Assembly (NCBI GenBank): GCA_964291285.2 | Contig: OZ219786.1 | Coordinates: 960,001 to 1,024,000, forward strand | Origin: Alphaproteobacteria bacterium | GTDB taxonomy: Bacteria; Pseudomonadota; Alphaproteobacteria; Bin95 | Direction: 5' to 3' | DNA: 64,000 nucleotides | Shown here: positions 30,540-40,794 of the stretch, one piece after another | Position numbering within the stretch: position 1 is the stretch's first letter | Layout of the letters: each line of letters begins with the position of its first letter | The notes under the pieces: generated by a model | Databases searched by the model: none | What the model saw: the letters and a program-made list of their open reading frames with translations, nothing else | What the model was told of the DNA's origin: nothing | Translations under genes and position numbers: made by a program

Positions 30540-30974
30540 ATGGGGAACATGAAGGACATGACGGTGGTGAGCAGGCGGGGCCTTGCGATCGGCGAGCATC
30601 TCAGGCGCCGCGCGGTCGCGGCGGTGCTGGAGAAGGGGATGAGCATGCGCGCCGCGGCGCAGCTCTACGAGGTGAGCGAGACCAGCGTCTGGCTCTGGGT
30701 GCAGCGTTTCCGCGAGCGCGGCCATGTCCGGCCCGACAGGCAGGGCGGCGGCGGGGTCTCGCGGATCGAGCCGGAGCGGGAGCGGATTCTTCGCATTCTG
30801 GCGGCGCGGCCGGCACTCTCCATCCACGGGCTGTGCAAGGCGCTGGCCGCCGAGGGCCTCACCTTCAGCTTCTCAACGGTGCAGCGCTTCCTGAAGCGCC
30901 ACGGCCTCGAACGCAGCAAACGCCTCGCCGCCGCAGAGCTCGTCCGGAAGTCCCGGCCGCGGACAGGCGGGTGA
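30540..30974 (+). mobile_element. IS630-family OrfA-like HTH protein without a DDE domain
   Basis: LRRRAVAAV..GMSMRAAA..YEVS...V..WV.R.RERG.V.P...GG...STVQRFLKRHGL. No catalytic OrfB or terminal inverted repeats visible. Confidence 0.72.
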
Positions 30975-31119
30975 GTCCGGCGACCGCTCATCCTGAGCAG
31001 CCTGCCTCCGGCGGGCGAATCGAAGGACGGCCCGGCCACCCCCGCACAGGCCATATGCTCGCAATATGCTGCCGCTACTGGCAAAGTGCGGGCTTGCCGG
31101 CCGCGCCGTGCCGCCCCCT

Positions 31120-32310
31120 TCAGATCGCGCGGGCGGCGCGCATGTCGGCGATTTCGGCTTTCGAATAGCCGAGCTCGGCCAGGATTTCGTCATTGTGCTC
31201 GCCGAGCTCGGGCGTGGCGGTGCGGATCGCGGAGGGGGTGCGCGAGAGCTTCGCGGCCTGGCCTACGATCTCGAAGGTCCCGAGGCGGGGATGGTCCACC
31301 GGCACCGCCATCTCGACATGGCGCACCTGCGGGTCGGCGAACATCTCGTCCATGCGGTAGATCGGCCCGCAGGGCACGCCGGCGGCGTTGAGCGTCTCCA
31401 TCCATTCCGCGGAGGGCTTCTGCCGGGTGATGACGGCAATCTCCTCATGCAGGGCCGCGCGGTTGTCGGAGCGCGCCTTGCCGGTGGCGTAGTCGGGGTT
31501 CTGCAGCCAGCGTTCGGCCCCGAGCGCCGCCGCGAACCGCTTCCAGATAAGGTCCCCGGCCGCGGCGATGTTCACATAGCCGTCCGCGGTCTCGAACACC
31601 CCGGTCGGGATCGAGGTCGGATGGTCGTTGCCGGCCTGCTTCGGCACCTCGCCGTCCTTGAGGTAGCGGGCGGCCTGGAAGTCGAGCATCTGGATCATCG
31701 CCTCCAGCAGCGAGGTCTTCACCCACTGGCCGCGCCCCGATACCTCCCGCTCCAGCAGCGCCACCAGGATGCCCTGGGCGCAGAAGACGCCGGCGCAGAG
31801 GTCCGCCACGGGAATGCCGGCGCGCACCGGACCGCCGCCCCGATGGCCGGTGATCCACATGACCCCGCCCATGCCCTGCGCGATCTGGTCGAAGCCCGGC
31901 CGCGCGGCCGTCGGCCCGTCCTGCCCGAAGCCCGAAATCGAGCCCAGCACGATGCGCGGATTGACCTTCGAGAGCGCCTCGTAACCGATGCCGAGCCGGT
32001 GCTTCACATCGGGGCGGTAGTTCTCGACCACGACATCGGAGCGCTCGACCAGCCGGAAGAACGCCTCGCGGCCCTTGTCGGACTTGAGGTCGAGCGTCAT
32101 ACAGCGCTTGTTGCGGTGCAGGTTCTGGAAGTCGAAGCCGTCGCGCGGGCCCCCCAGCCCCTCTCCGGCAGCGGGGTCCGGCGGCGCCTCGATCTTGATG
32201 ACGTCCGCGCCCCAGTCGGCAAGCTGGCGCACGCAGGTCGGCCCGGCGCGCACGCGGGTGAGGTCGAGAACGCTGAAGCGCGAAAGCGGCATGCCGGTCG
32301 TCGCGGCCAT
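31120..32310 (-). CDS. Class III CoA-transferase (CaiB/BaiF)
   Basis: VLDLTRVRAGP, GADVIKIE, RNKR, ENYRP, SISGFGQDGP, GFDQIAQ. Confidence 0.93.
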   Translation of the reverse strand: MAATTGMPLSRFSVLDLTRVRAGPTCVRQLADWGADVIKIEAPPDPAAGEGLGGPRDGFDFQNLHRNKRCMTLDLKSDKGREAFFRLVERSDVVVENYRPDVKHRLGIGYEALSKVNPRIVLGSISGFGQDGPTAARPGFDQIAQGMGGVMWITGHRGGGPVRAGIPVADLCAGVFCAQGILVALLEREVSGRGQWVKTSLLEAMIQMLDFQAARYLKDGEVPKQAGNDHPTSIPTGVFETADGYVNIAAAGDLIWKRFAAALGAERWLQNPDYATGKARSDNRAALHEEIAVITRQKPSAEWMETLNAAGVPCGPIYRMDEMFADPQVRHVEMAVPVDHPRLGTFEIVGQAAKLSRTPSAIRTATPELGEHNDEILAELGYSKAEIADMRAARAI

Positions 32311-32464
32311 CTCGGGAGTCTCCAACTCGTCGGAAAGGAGGGCGTCTCATTAGCAGCCCCGCCGCCGGCCGTCACCCTGCGCGGGCGGCGAATCCCGTCA
32401 GCCGGCCGCGCCGCCCTGCCCGCTTGCGCGGGCCCGCGCGGAGGGCTAGGTTGCGCGCCTTCCG

Positions 32465-32541
32465 GGGTCCGTAGCTCAGGTGGTTAGAGCGCCGTCTTGA
32501 CATGGCGGAGGTCACAAGTTCAAGTCTTGTCGGACCCACCA
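32465..32541 (+). tRNA. tRNA-Val(GAC)
   Basis: Acceptor stem GGGTCCG/CGGACCC, D arm, anticodon arm CCGTC-TTGACAT-GGCGG, T loop GTTCAAG, encoded CCA. Confidence 0.95.
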
Positions 32542-32569
32542 TCCCCTTGATCCGATGGGCTTTTTCCTG

Positions 32570-33448
32570 ATGTTCGAAGGCTTCGAGGAACAGCGGGTCG
32601 AGGGCGACGGGGTCCCGATCCACCTGCGCACCGGCGGCAGCGGTCCGCCCGTGCTCCTGCTGCACGGCTACCCGCAGACGCACCTCATCTGGCACGAGGT
32701 GGCGCCCCGGCTGGCAGCGCGCTTCACCGTGGTCTGCCCGGACATGCGCGGCTACGGGCGCAGCGGCAAGCCCGCGAACGACGCACAGAACCGGCCCTAT
32801 TCCAAGCGGGCGATGGCGGTGGACATGGTGCGCGTCATGGAGCGCCTCGGCCATAAGCGCTTCTGCCTCGCAGGGCACGACCGCGGCGGGCGCGTCGCCT
32901 ACCGCCTGGCGCTCGACCATCCGGAGCGCGTCGCCCGCATCGCCGTGCTCGACATCGTGCCGACCCTGGAGCAGTTCGAGCGCCAGGGGCAGCGCGGAAG
33001 CCTGGATTCCTTCCACTGGTTTTTCCTGGCCCAGCCCGCGCCCTTCCCGGAGACCATGATCGGGCGCGACCCGGACTGGTTCCTGAGGAGCATGACGGGG
33101 CGGTGGTCGGGCAGCGACTGCTTCGCCGAGGCGGCGATGGCGGACTATCTGGCCGCCTTCCGCGACCCCGAGACGATCCGCGCGACCTGCGACGACTACC
33201 GCGCCGGCGCCACCATCGACTGCGAGCTCGACGCCGCCGACCGGGCGGCGGGCCGGCGCATCGCCGCGCCGCTGCTGGCGCTCTGGGGCGCGAAGGGGCG
33301 GCCTCACAAGCGCGACTCGGTGCTCGAAACCTGGCGCCTCTGGGCGGACCGGGTCGAGGGCGAGGGCCTCGCCTGCGGCCATTTCCTGCCGGAGGAGATG
33401 CCGGCGGAGACCGCGGAGCGCCTCGAGACCTTCTTCTCGCTGGCCTGA
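32570..33448 (+). CDS. Alpha/beta hydrolase, haloacetate (fluoroacetate) dehalogenase-like
   Basis: LLHGYPQT, YSKRAMA, GHDRGGRV, FHWFF, DYRA, GHFLPEE. Confidence 0.85.
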   Translation: MFEGFEEQRVEGDGVPIHLRTGGSGPPVLLLHGYPQTHLIWHEVAPRLAARFTVVCPDMRGYGRSGKPANDAQNRPYSKRAMAVDMVRVMERLGHKRFCLAGHDRGGRVAYRLALDHPERVARIAVLDIVPTLEQFERQGQRGSLDSFHWFFLAQPAPFPETMIGRDPDWFLRSMTGRWSGSDCFAEAAMADYLAAFRDPETIRATCDDYRAGATIDCELDAADRAAGRRIAAPLLALWGAKGRPHKRDSVLETWRLWADRVEGEGLACGHFLPEEMPAETAERLETFFSLA

Positions 33449-33476
33449 GCGTCCGGACGCTGCTATAGATGCCAGT

Positions 33477-33571
33477 GGAGACCGGCGGCGGGCGGACCCC
33501 TCGCCAACCCGGTCAGGTCCGGAAGGAAGCAGCCGTAACGAGTTTCCGGTCCGGGTCGCCTGCCGGCCTCC
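33477..33571 (+). ncRNA. ffs: SRP RNA (4.5S)
   Basis: CAGGTCCGGAAGGAAGCAGC core within a long hairpin (GGAG...CTCC), directly upstream of dnaX. Confidence 0.93.
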
Positions 33572-33632
33572 GCTTTCCTCCGAACGCACTCAACCTGATG
33601 ACGGCGCCGGGCTATGCGCTAGACTGCCGGCG

Positions 33633-35354
33633 ATGAGCGAGACCGCCGCCGCTTACCGGGTGCTGGCCCGCAAATACCGGCCCGCCGCCTTCGCCGATCT
33701 CATCGGCCAGGAAGCGCTGGTGCGCATCCTCACCAACGCGATCCGGGCGGACAGGATCGCGCATGCCTTCATGCTGACGGGCGTGCGCGGCGTCGGCAAG
33801 ACGACGACGGCGCGGATACTGGCGCGCGCGCTCAACTGCCTCGGCCCCGACGGCGACCGCGACGGGCCGGCGGAGGAGCCCTGCGGCGTCTGCGAGGCCT
33901 GCACGGCGATTGCCGCCGACCGCCATGTCGACGTCATCGAGATGGACGCGGCCTCGCATACCGGCGTGGACGATGTGCGCGAGATCATCGAGGCGGCGCG
34001 CTACCGCCCGGTCTCGGCGCGCTTCAAGGTCTATATCGTGGACGAGGTCCACATGCTCTCGCGCCAGGCCTTCAATGCGCTGCTGAAAACGCTGGAGGAG
34101 CCGCCGGGGCATGTGAAATTCATCTTCGCGACGACCGAGATCCGCAAGGTGCCGGTCACGGTGCTGTCGCGCTGCCAGCGTTTCGACCTCCGCCGCGTCC
34201 CGGCCGGGATGCTGGAGGCGCATTTCGCGGGCGTGGTCGCGAAGGAAGGCGCGGAGATCGAACCGGAGGCTCTGGCGCGGATCGCGCGCGCCGCCGACGG
34301 CTCGGTGCGCGACGGCCTCTCCATGCTGGACCAGGCGATCGCCGAGGCCGACGGCGGCAGGATCGCGGCCGACGCCGTGAACGAGATGCTGGGGCTTGCC
34401 GACCGGCTGGACATTTACGACCTGTTCGAGGCGCTGATGCGCGGCGAGCCGGCCGCCGCGCTCACCCGCTTCGACGAGATGTACCGGGCGGGCGCCGATC
34501 CGGGCCTCGTGCTCCAGGACATGGCGGAACTGGTGCATCGGCTGACCCGCGCGAGCGTCGTGCCGGCAGAGGCCGAAGACGCCGCGCTGCCGGAGGCCGA
34601 GCGGGTGCGCGGCCGCAAGCTCGCCGAGGCGCTGTCCCTGCCGGCGCTCACCCGCGTCTGGCAGCTCGTGCTGAAGGGCATCCAGGAGGTGAATGCCGCG
34701 CCCTCGGCCAAGCCGGCCTTCGAGATGGTATTGCTGCGCATCGCCTATGCCGCCGGCCTGCCGACGCCGGCCGAGGCGATAGCCGAACTCCGCTCCGGCG
34801 CGCCGGCCGCGGCGGCGCCGCAGGCGCGGGCCAAGCCGGCGCCGTCCGCCGGTCCGCCGCCGCCCGTCGAAGAAGGCATGGCGGACGCAGCGGCCGCGGA
34901 ACCCGCCCCGGAAGCCCCCGCCGCTCCGGCTGCGCCGGACGTTGTCGAGCTTGCGGATTTCGACGCCGTGGCGGCGCTGTTCCAGGAGCGGCGCGAGCCG
35001 CGCCTCCATTCGCATCTGGTCCACGACGCGCATCTCGTTTCCTTCGAGCCGGGCCATATCGCGCTCAGGCTCGGCGAGCGGGCGCCGCCGGACTTCGCCG
35101 CCGAGGTCGCCAGGCGCCTGACCCGCTGGACCGGCGCGCCCTGGACGGTGTCGGCGGTCGAGGAAGGCGGCGAGGCCACGCTCGCCGAACAGCATGAGGA
35201 CGCCCGGCGCGACCTGTTCGAGCGCGCGCGCCAGCACCCGCTCGCGCAGCGCACGCTGGAGATATTTCCCGATGCCGCCATCGCCGATATACGCCCGATC
35301 CAGCCGGGCGAGGCGCTGGCGGAGCCTCCCGAGGAGCAGGATGACGAGCGATGA
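33633..35354 (+). CDS. dnaX: DNA polymerase III gamma/tau
   Basis: LARKYRP, GVRGVGKTT, DEVHMLS, LLKTLEEPP, SRCQRF. Confidence 0.97.
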   Translation: MSETAAAYRVLARKYRPAAFADLIGQEALVRILTNAIRADRIAHAFMLTGVRGVGKTTTARILARALNCLGPDGDRDGPAEEPCGVCEACTAIAADRHVDVIEMDAASHTGVDDVREIIEAARYRPVSARFKVYIVDEVHMLSRQAFNALLKTLEEPPGHVKFIFATTEIRKVPVTVLSRCQRFDLRRVPAGMLEAHFAGVVAKEGAEIEPEALARIARAADGSVRDGLSMLDQAIAEADGGRIAADAVNEMLGLADRLDIYDLFEALMRGEPAAALTRFDEMYRAGADPGLVLQDMAELVHRLTRASVVPAEAEDAALPEAERVRGRKLAEALSLPALTRVWQLVLKGIQEVNAAPSAKPAFEMVLLRIAYAAGLPTPAEAIAELRSGAPAAAAPQARAKPAPSAGPPPPVEEGMADAAAAEPAPEAPAAPAAPDVVELADFDAVAALFQERREPRLHSHLVHDAHLVSFEPGHIALRLGERAPPDFAAEVARRLTRWTGAPWTVSAVEEGGEATLAEQHEDARRDLFERARQHPLAQRTLEIFPDAAIADIRPIQPGEALAEPPEEQDDER

Positions 35355-35674
35355 AGAACCTCGCCAGCATGATGAAGCAGGCCCAGGAAATGCAGCAGAA
35401 AATGGCCGAGATGCAGGACGCGCTGGCCGGCCATGAAGTGGTCGGACGGGCCGCCGCCGGCATGGTCGAGGTGCGCATGAACGCCAAGGGAGAGTTGCTC
35501 GGCCTCAGGATCGACCCGAGCCTGATCGACCCGGCCGAGGCCGAGGTGATGGAGGACCTGATTACGGCCGGCTTCAACGACGCGCGCGCCAAGGCCGAGC
35601 AGCATGCGCGGGAGGAAATGCGCAAACTGACCGGAGGGCTGGAACTGCCGCCCGGCTTCAGCCTGCCGTTCTGA
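35351..35674 (+). CDS. ybaB: YbaB/EbfC nucleoid-associated protein
   Basis: [23 protein letters not shown]; dnaX-ybaB-recR synteny. Confidence 0.93.
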   Translation: MKNLASMMKQAQEMQQKMAEMQDALAGHEVVGRAAAGMVEVRMNAKGELLGLRIDPSLIDPAEAEVMEDLITAGFNDARAKAEQHAREEMRKLTGGLELPPGFSLPF

Positions 35675-35675
35675 G

Positions 35676-36269
35676 ATGCCGCCCGGCGACCTGGAGACGC
35701 TGATCCGCCTGCTGGCACGCCTGCCGGGACTCGGGCCGCGGTCGGCCCGGCGCGCCGCGCTGCATCTCATCAAGCGGCGCGAAGGCCTGATGGTGCCGCT
35801 CGCCCGCGTGCTGGAGGCGGCGTCGGACTCCATCACCGTCTGCTCCGAATGCCGCAATCTCGACACGACCGACCCTTGCGGCATCTGCGCCGATCCGTCG
35901 CGGGACCCCGCCGCGCTCTGCGTCGTCGAGGATGTGTCCGACCTCTGGGCGCTGGAGCGCACGGGCGCCTTTCGCGGGCGCTACCATGTGCTGGGCGGCG
36001 TGCTCTCCGCCCTTGACGGCGTCGGGCCGGAGGAACTCGGCATCGCCGCGCTCGTCGCGCGCGCCGGGGCGCCCGGCATAACCGAGGTCGTGCTGGCGAC
36101 CGGCGCCACCGTCGAGGGCCAGACCACCGCGCATTACCTGGCCGAGCGCCTTAGCGATTGCGGCGTGGCCGTCACGCGCCTCGCCCACGGCGTGCCGGTC
36201 GGCGGCGCGCTCGACTATCTGGACGACGGCACGCTGACCACGGCGCTGCGCGCCCGCCGGCCGCTGTGA
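35676..36269 (+). CDS. recR: Recombination protein RecR
   Basis: [12 protein letters not shown]4 zinc finger, [27 protein letters not shown]. Confidence 0.96.
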   Translation: MPPGDLETLIRLLARLPGLGPRSARRAALHLIKRREGLMVPLARVLEAASDSITVCSECRNLDTTDPCGICADPSRDPAALCVVEDVSDLWALERTGAFRGRYHVLGGVLSALDGVGPEELGIAALVARAGAPGITEVVLATGATVEGQTTAHYLAERLSDCGVAVTRLAHGVPVGGALDYLDDGTLTTALRARRPL

Positions 36270-36390
36270 CGGACCCCTCCTTCAGATGCGTTTCGCAGCA
36301 GATGCCTTTTGCGCTGCCGCGATATGTCGTATCCGGCATACCGTGAATGATTCGCGCCGGCGCAGCCCGGCAGCAGAATGGATTGGGCGA

Positions 36391-38445
36391 ATGCCAGGGG
36401 GTCTTGTCCGGGCGGGACTCGGGGCGGCGCTGGCCGGCTGCGCCCTGGCGCTTTCCACCGCATGCTCGTCGGCGGCCCCGAACGCGCCGCCGCCTGTCCC
36501 GAGCGAAGCCCGCGAGGCGCGGAAAATCGCGAATGGCATTCTGGACGGTGCCGGATGGCGGCACTTCCGGGCGGCGCTCGATGCCGCCGCGCGCGGCGAG
36601 TGGCGGCAGGCCGCCCGGAGCGCCGGGCAGGCCGGGCATCCCCTGGCCGCCGCCCTGATCGAGTGGCAGCGTCTCCGGGACCCGGAAGCCGTCATATCCT
36701 TCACCGAAATCGAGGCGTTCCTTGAAGCGCATCCGGACTGGCCGGGCCGCGCCGCACTTCTCCGGCGGGCCGAAGAGCTGATGCCGGAGGCCTATCCGGA
36801 CCGCGCCGCCCGCGCACGGTTCGACCGGTTTCCGCCGCTCACCGGCCCCGGCAAGCAGCGCCTGGCGGAAGCCCTGATCGCGGACGGGGAAACGGATGCC
36901 GGCATCCGGCTCCTGCGCGAAGCCTGGATCGGTGGCGACTTCCCCCGCGATCTGGAGCGCCGCTTCATCGGGCGGCACCGCAACGCGCTCGGCGCACAAG
37001 ACCATAACCGCCGGCTCGACCGGCTGCTCTGGGACGAGCGCGCCGGGGCCGCGCAACGCCAGCTCCGCCGTGCCAGCAAGGCGGAGCGCCGGCTGGGGGA
37101 AGCGCGGCTCCGGCTGATGAAGCGCCGGCGCGGCGTGGACTGGGCGATCCGGCAGGTGCCGGACCGCCTGCGCGGCCATCCGGGCCTCGTGTTCGAGCGC
37201 ATACGCTGGCGCCGGCTCGCCGGCAAGGATGCGGGCGCGCGCGACCTGCTCCTCGACCGGCCGGCGGAACTGGTCCGCCCCGGCAAATGGTGGCCCGAGC
37301 AGAGCTACCAGATCCGCGAGGCGATAGAGCGCCGCCTGTTCGACCAGGCCTACGCCATCGCGTCCCGGCACGGGCAGACCGCGAGCCGTCCGTTCTCGGA
37401 GGCCGAATGGCTGGCCGGCTGGCTGGCGCTCCGCTTCCTGAACCGGCCCGGCGATGCCGCGAAGCATTTCCAGGCCATGTACGACCGGGTGCGCTTCCCG
37501 ATCAGCCGCGCCCGCGCCGCCTACTGGTCCGGCCGCGCTGCGGAGGCGGCGGGCGACCGGGACCGGGCCACGGAGTGGTACCGGCGCGCCCTCGGCCACC
37601 CGACGACCTTTTACGGGCAGTTGGCCGGCAAGGCCCTCGCGCTCGAAAGCCGCTTCCCGGCCGGGGAGCCTGCCGTCGCGCCCGAAGAGCGGGAGCGCTT
37701 CGAGGCAAACCCGCTCGTCGAAGCCGCGCGCCTGCTGGGCGAAGCGCGGGACTTCGAGACCATGCGGACTTTCGTGACCCATCTGAGCCGGCGCGCAAAG
37801 ACGCCCGGCGAGCATGTGCTCGCAAGCCGGCTGGGGCTGGCTTACGGGGCGCCGCACATCTCGGTCAGCGCGGCGAAGCGGGCCTGGCGCAACGGCGTCC
37901 CGCTTGTCGCCGAAGCCTGGCCGCTGGCCTTCGGCAAGGCCGATACCGCCCGTGCGCCCGACCCGCCGGAGCTCGCCCTGCTGCTGGGGCTCGCCCGGCA
38001 GGAAAGCGAGATGAACCCCTATGCGCGCAGCCGGTCCGGCGCCGTGGGGCTGATGCAGCTGCTGCCCGGCACTGCCCGGGACGTGTCCGGCAGGCTCGGC
38101 CTGGCCTACAGCCGCTCCCGGCTCCGGGAGGACCGGGGCTACAACATCACGCTCGGCAGCGCCTATCTGGCCGAACTGCTGGAGGCCTTCGAGGGCGACC
38201 GGGTGCTCGCTCTCGCCGCCTACAACGCCGGACCGAACCGCGTCCGGCAATGGCTCGTCACCTTCGGAGACCCGCGCCGCGGCGAGGTCGATCCCATCGA
38301 CTGGATGGAGCTCGTGCCGTTCGCCGAAACCCGCAACTACATCCAGCGCGTGCTCGAAAGCACCGCCGTTTACCGCCTCCGGCTGAAGGGGCCTCCGGAC
38401 TCCGCAAGCGCCCCGGCTGCGGTCCGGACTGCCGCCATCGACTGA
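36391..38445 (+). CDS. Soluble lytic murein transglycosylase (Slt70-like)
   Basis: Signal/lipoprotein N-terminus, RQES, GLMQLLP, AYNAGP, ETRNY. Confidence 0.9.
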   Translation: MPGGLVRAGLGAALAGCALALSTACSSAAPNAPPPVPSEAREARKIANGILDGAGWRHFRAALDAAARGEWRQAARSAGQAGHPLAAALIEWQRLRDPEAVISFTEIEAFLEAHPDWPGRAALLRRAEELMPEAYPDRAARARFDRFPPLTGPGKQRLAEALIADGETDAGIRLLREAWIGGDFPRDLERRFIGRHRNALGAQDHNRRLDRLLWDERAGAAQRQLRRASKAERRLGEARLRLMKRRRGVDWAIRQVPDRLRGHPGLVFERIRWRRLAGKDAGARDLLLDRPAELVRPGKWWPEQSYQIREAIERRLFDQAYAIASRHGQTASRPFSEAEWLAGWLALRFLNRPGDAAKHFQAMYDRVRFPISRARAAYWSGRAAEAAGDRDRATEWYRRALGHPTTFYGQLAGKALALESRFPAGEPAVAPEERERFEANPLVEAARLLGEARDFETMRTFVTHLSRRAKTPGEHVLASRLGLAYGAPHISVSAAKRAWRNGVPLVAEAWPLAFGKADTARAPDPPELALLLGLARQESEMNPYARSRSGAVGLMQLLPGTARDVSGRLGLAYSRSRLREDRGYNITLGSAYLAELLEAFEGDRVLALAAYNAGPNRVRQWLVTFGDPRRGEVDPIDWMELVPFAETRNYIQRVLESTAVYRLRLKGPPDSASAPAAVRTAAID

Positions 38446-38455
38446 GGCCGCGACC

Positions 38456-39427
38456 TCACATCGTCACCACGACCTTGCCGGTGGCCTGCCGTTCCGTCAG
38501 GCGGCGGATGGCTTTCGGCACGTCGTCCAGGCTCCAGGTCTCGGTCACGCGCGGCGTCACCTTTCCTTCGCGGTACCAGGCGGCGAGTTCCTCCATGCTG
38601 TGCAGCAGCAGGTCGGGGCGCTCGCGGCGGAAATAGCGCATGGAGGAGCCCATGGCCGAGCGGTGCTTGACCAGCAGGCGGTTGGCGGGGATGCGCGGCA
38701 CGCCGGCGACGAAGCCGATCAGCAGGATGCGTCCGCCCCAGGCGAGCGAGGAGAGCGCCTCGTCGAACAGCGGGCCGCCGACCGGATCATAGACGACATC
38801 GACGCCCTGCCCGTCCGTCAGCGCGGCCACCCGCTCCTTCAGGCTTTCGGCGCTGTAGTCGATGCCCTCGTCCGCGCCGTGCCGGGCGGCGAGCGCCAGG
38901 CGTTCCGGGCTGCTCGCCGCCGCGACCACCCTTGCGCCGAGCGCCTTGCCGCACTCCACCGCCGCGAGGCCCACGCCGCCCGCCGCGCCCAGCACCAGCA
39001 TGGTCTCGCCCGCCTTCAGGTCCGCCTGCCAGCGGATCGCGACATGCGAGGAGACCCACGCGGTCGGGAAGGCGGCGGCTTCCACGTCCGACATCCCCTC
39101 CGGCACGAGGAAGGCTTCGGTCTCGCGCGCGACGGCGGTTTCCGCATAGCCGCCCCACCAGAGGATCGCCATGACCCGGTCGCCCACGGCCAGCCGCTCG
39201 CAGCCGGGGCCGAGCGCCGCGACCGTGCCTGCGACCTCAAGCCCCGGCGCGAAGGGATGCGCCGGGCGGGTCTGGTAGTTGCCGGCGACCATGATCGCAT
39301 CGGCGAAATTGACGCCGGCGGCCGCGACCCGGATGGCGACCTCGCCCTCGCCGGGCTCCGGGGCGGGCATGTCGCGGACTTCGAGGCTTTCGACCTCGCC
39401 CCAGGCGGAGCAGACGGCGGCGCGCAT
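38456..39427 (-). CDS. NADPH:quinone oxidoreductase (MDR family)
   Basis: [32 protein letters not shown]. Confidence 0.9.
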   Translation of the reverse strand: MRAAVCSAWGEVESLEVRDMPAPEPGEGEVAIRVAAAGVNFADAIMVAGNYQTRPAHPFAPGLEVAGTVAALGPGCERLAVGDRVMAILWWGGYAETAVARETEAFLVPEGMSDVEAAAFPTAWVSSHVAIRWQADLKAGETMLVLGAAGGVGLAAVECGKALGARVVAAASSPERLALAARHGADEGIDYSAESLKERVAALTDGQGVDVVYDPVGGPLFDEALSSLAWGGRILLIGFVAGVPRIPANRLLVKHRSAMGSSMRYFRRERPDLLLHSMEELAAWYREGKVTPRVTETWSLDDVPKAIRRLTERQATGKVVVTM

Positions 39428-39497
39428 GCGTTATGGATTCCTTGACGGCGGGGACGGGAGCCCGGAGTTTAGCGCCTTCCGCAAACGGAGCCAGTCG

Positions 39498-40082
39498 ATG
39501 CTCGACGATGCCGCCCTCGACCTGATTTTCCGCAAGGCCCGCACCCACAACGCCTGGCGCGACCGCCCGGTGACCGACGACGACATCCGCCGCATCTACG
39601 AGCTGATGAAGTGGGGGCCGACCAGCGCCAACATGTCCCCGGCCCGCTTCGTTTTCGTGCGCTCGCGCGAGGCCAAGGAGAAGCTCGCCCCGGCGCTCTC
39701 CTCCGGCAATCTGGACAAGACGATGGCAGCGCCGGCAACCGCGGTGATCGGCTACGACGTGCGGTTCTTCGAGCGCATGGACTACCTCTTCCCGCATGAC
39801 GACTTCATGGCCAACCTCTACCGCGGCGACCCGGCGGCGGCGGAGGAGGCGGGCTTCCGCAACGCGACGCTGCAGGGCGCCTATTTCATGATCGCGGCCC
39901 GCGCGCTCGGCTTCGACATCGGCGCCATGTCCGGCTTCGACAAGGACAAGGCGACCGCCGCCTTCTTCGCCGGCACCAGCGTCAAGGCCAACTTCCTCTG
40001 CAATATCGGGCACGGCGACGAATCGGTGCTGTTCCCGCGCCATCCGAGGCTCGATTTCGACGACGCCTGCCGCTTCGCCTGA
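39498..40082 (+). CDS. Nitroreductase family, malonic semialdehyde reductase (RutE-like)
   Basis: [39 protein letters not shown]. Confidence 0.85.
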   Translation: MLDDAALDLIFRKARTHNAWRDRPVTDDDIRRIYELMKWGPTSANMSPARFVFVRSREAKEKLAPALSSGNLDKTMAAPATAVIGYDVRFFERMDYLFPHDDFMANLYRGDPAAAEEAGFRNATLQGAYFMIAARALGFDIGAMSGFDKDKATAAFFAGTSVKANFLCNIGHGDESVLFPRHPRLDFDDACRFA

Positions 40083-40106
40083 CCGCCCGGCGGACCGCTC
40101 GACATC

Positions 40107-40787
40107 ATGGCTGCACAAAGCAGGATCGAGGTGTTCGGGCGGCGGAACGCAAGCAATGTCCTGCCGGTCATGTGGACCGTCGGGGAGCTCGAAATCCCCT
40201 GCACCCGCCACGATACGGGGGGTTCCTTCGGCGGAACCGGGACCGCGGATTACCTGGCGATGAACCCGAACGGGAGAATCCCCACCCTCAGGGACGGGGA
40301 TTTCGTCCTGTGGGAATCGAACGCCATCGTCCGCTACCTGTGCAGGCGCCATGACGGGCACGGCATCCTGCTGCCCCGGTCCGAGGAGGGCTATGCGCTC
40401 GCGGACCAGTGGATGGACTGGCACAGGACCACGCTCTACCCGCCCTGCATCGACCTGACATGGGCGCTTGTCAGGACCGAGCCGGCGGTTCGCGACCGCA
40501 GGAAGATCGAGGACCTGCAGGCGCAGACCGAAACCGGCCTCGCCATTCTGGACAAACACCTCGCCCGGACCGGCCACGTGGCCGGCGACCGGTTCACGAT
40601 GGCGGACATTCCGCTCGGGGCGCTCGTCCATCGGTATCTGAACCTCGAAATCGAACGGCCGGCCTTCCCGCAGATCGCATCATGGCATGCGCGGCTGTCG
40701 AAGCGCCCGGCCTTCATCGAGCATGTGATGTTCCCGTTCGGGAACGATCCGGGCGAATGGTACCGCCTGGAGCGCGAGACCCCGTGA
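40107..40787 (+). CDS. Glutathione S-transferase (GstB-like)
   Basis: GRRNASNV, MNPNGRIP, LWESNAIVRYL, DQWMDW, FTMADI. Confidence 0.9.
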   Translation: MAAQSRIEVFGRRNASNVLPVMWTVGELEIPCTRHDTGGSFGGTGTADYLAMNPNGRIPTLRDGDFVLWESNAIVRYLCRRHDGHGILLPRSEEGYALADQWMDWHRTTLYPPCIDLTWALVRTEPAVRDRRKIEDLQAQTETGLAILDKHLARTGHVAGDRFTMADIPLGALVHRYLNLEIERPAFPQIASWHARLSKRPAFIEHVMFPFGNDPGEWYRLERETP

Positions 40788-40794
40788 CGGCTCT

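Noticed and set aside
30523-30561. Degenerate 9-nt tandem repeat (GGAGACACG/GGAGACATG/GGGAACATG/AAGGACATG) before the IS630 HTH
   Set aside because: Short and degenerate; explained by local slippage around the RBS/start.
32465-32541. tRNA-Val as an island integration site
   Set aside because: No adjacent integrase, and I saw no duplicated tRNA 3' end in the window.
33633-35354. Programmed -1 frameshift in dnaX
   Set aside because: No A6G-type slippery run seen; the Pro/Ala linker is ordinary.
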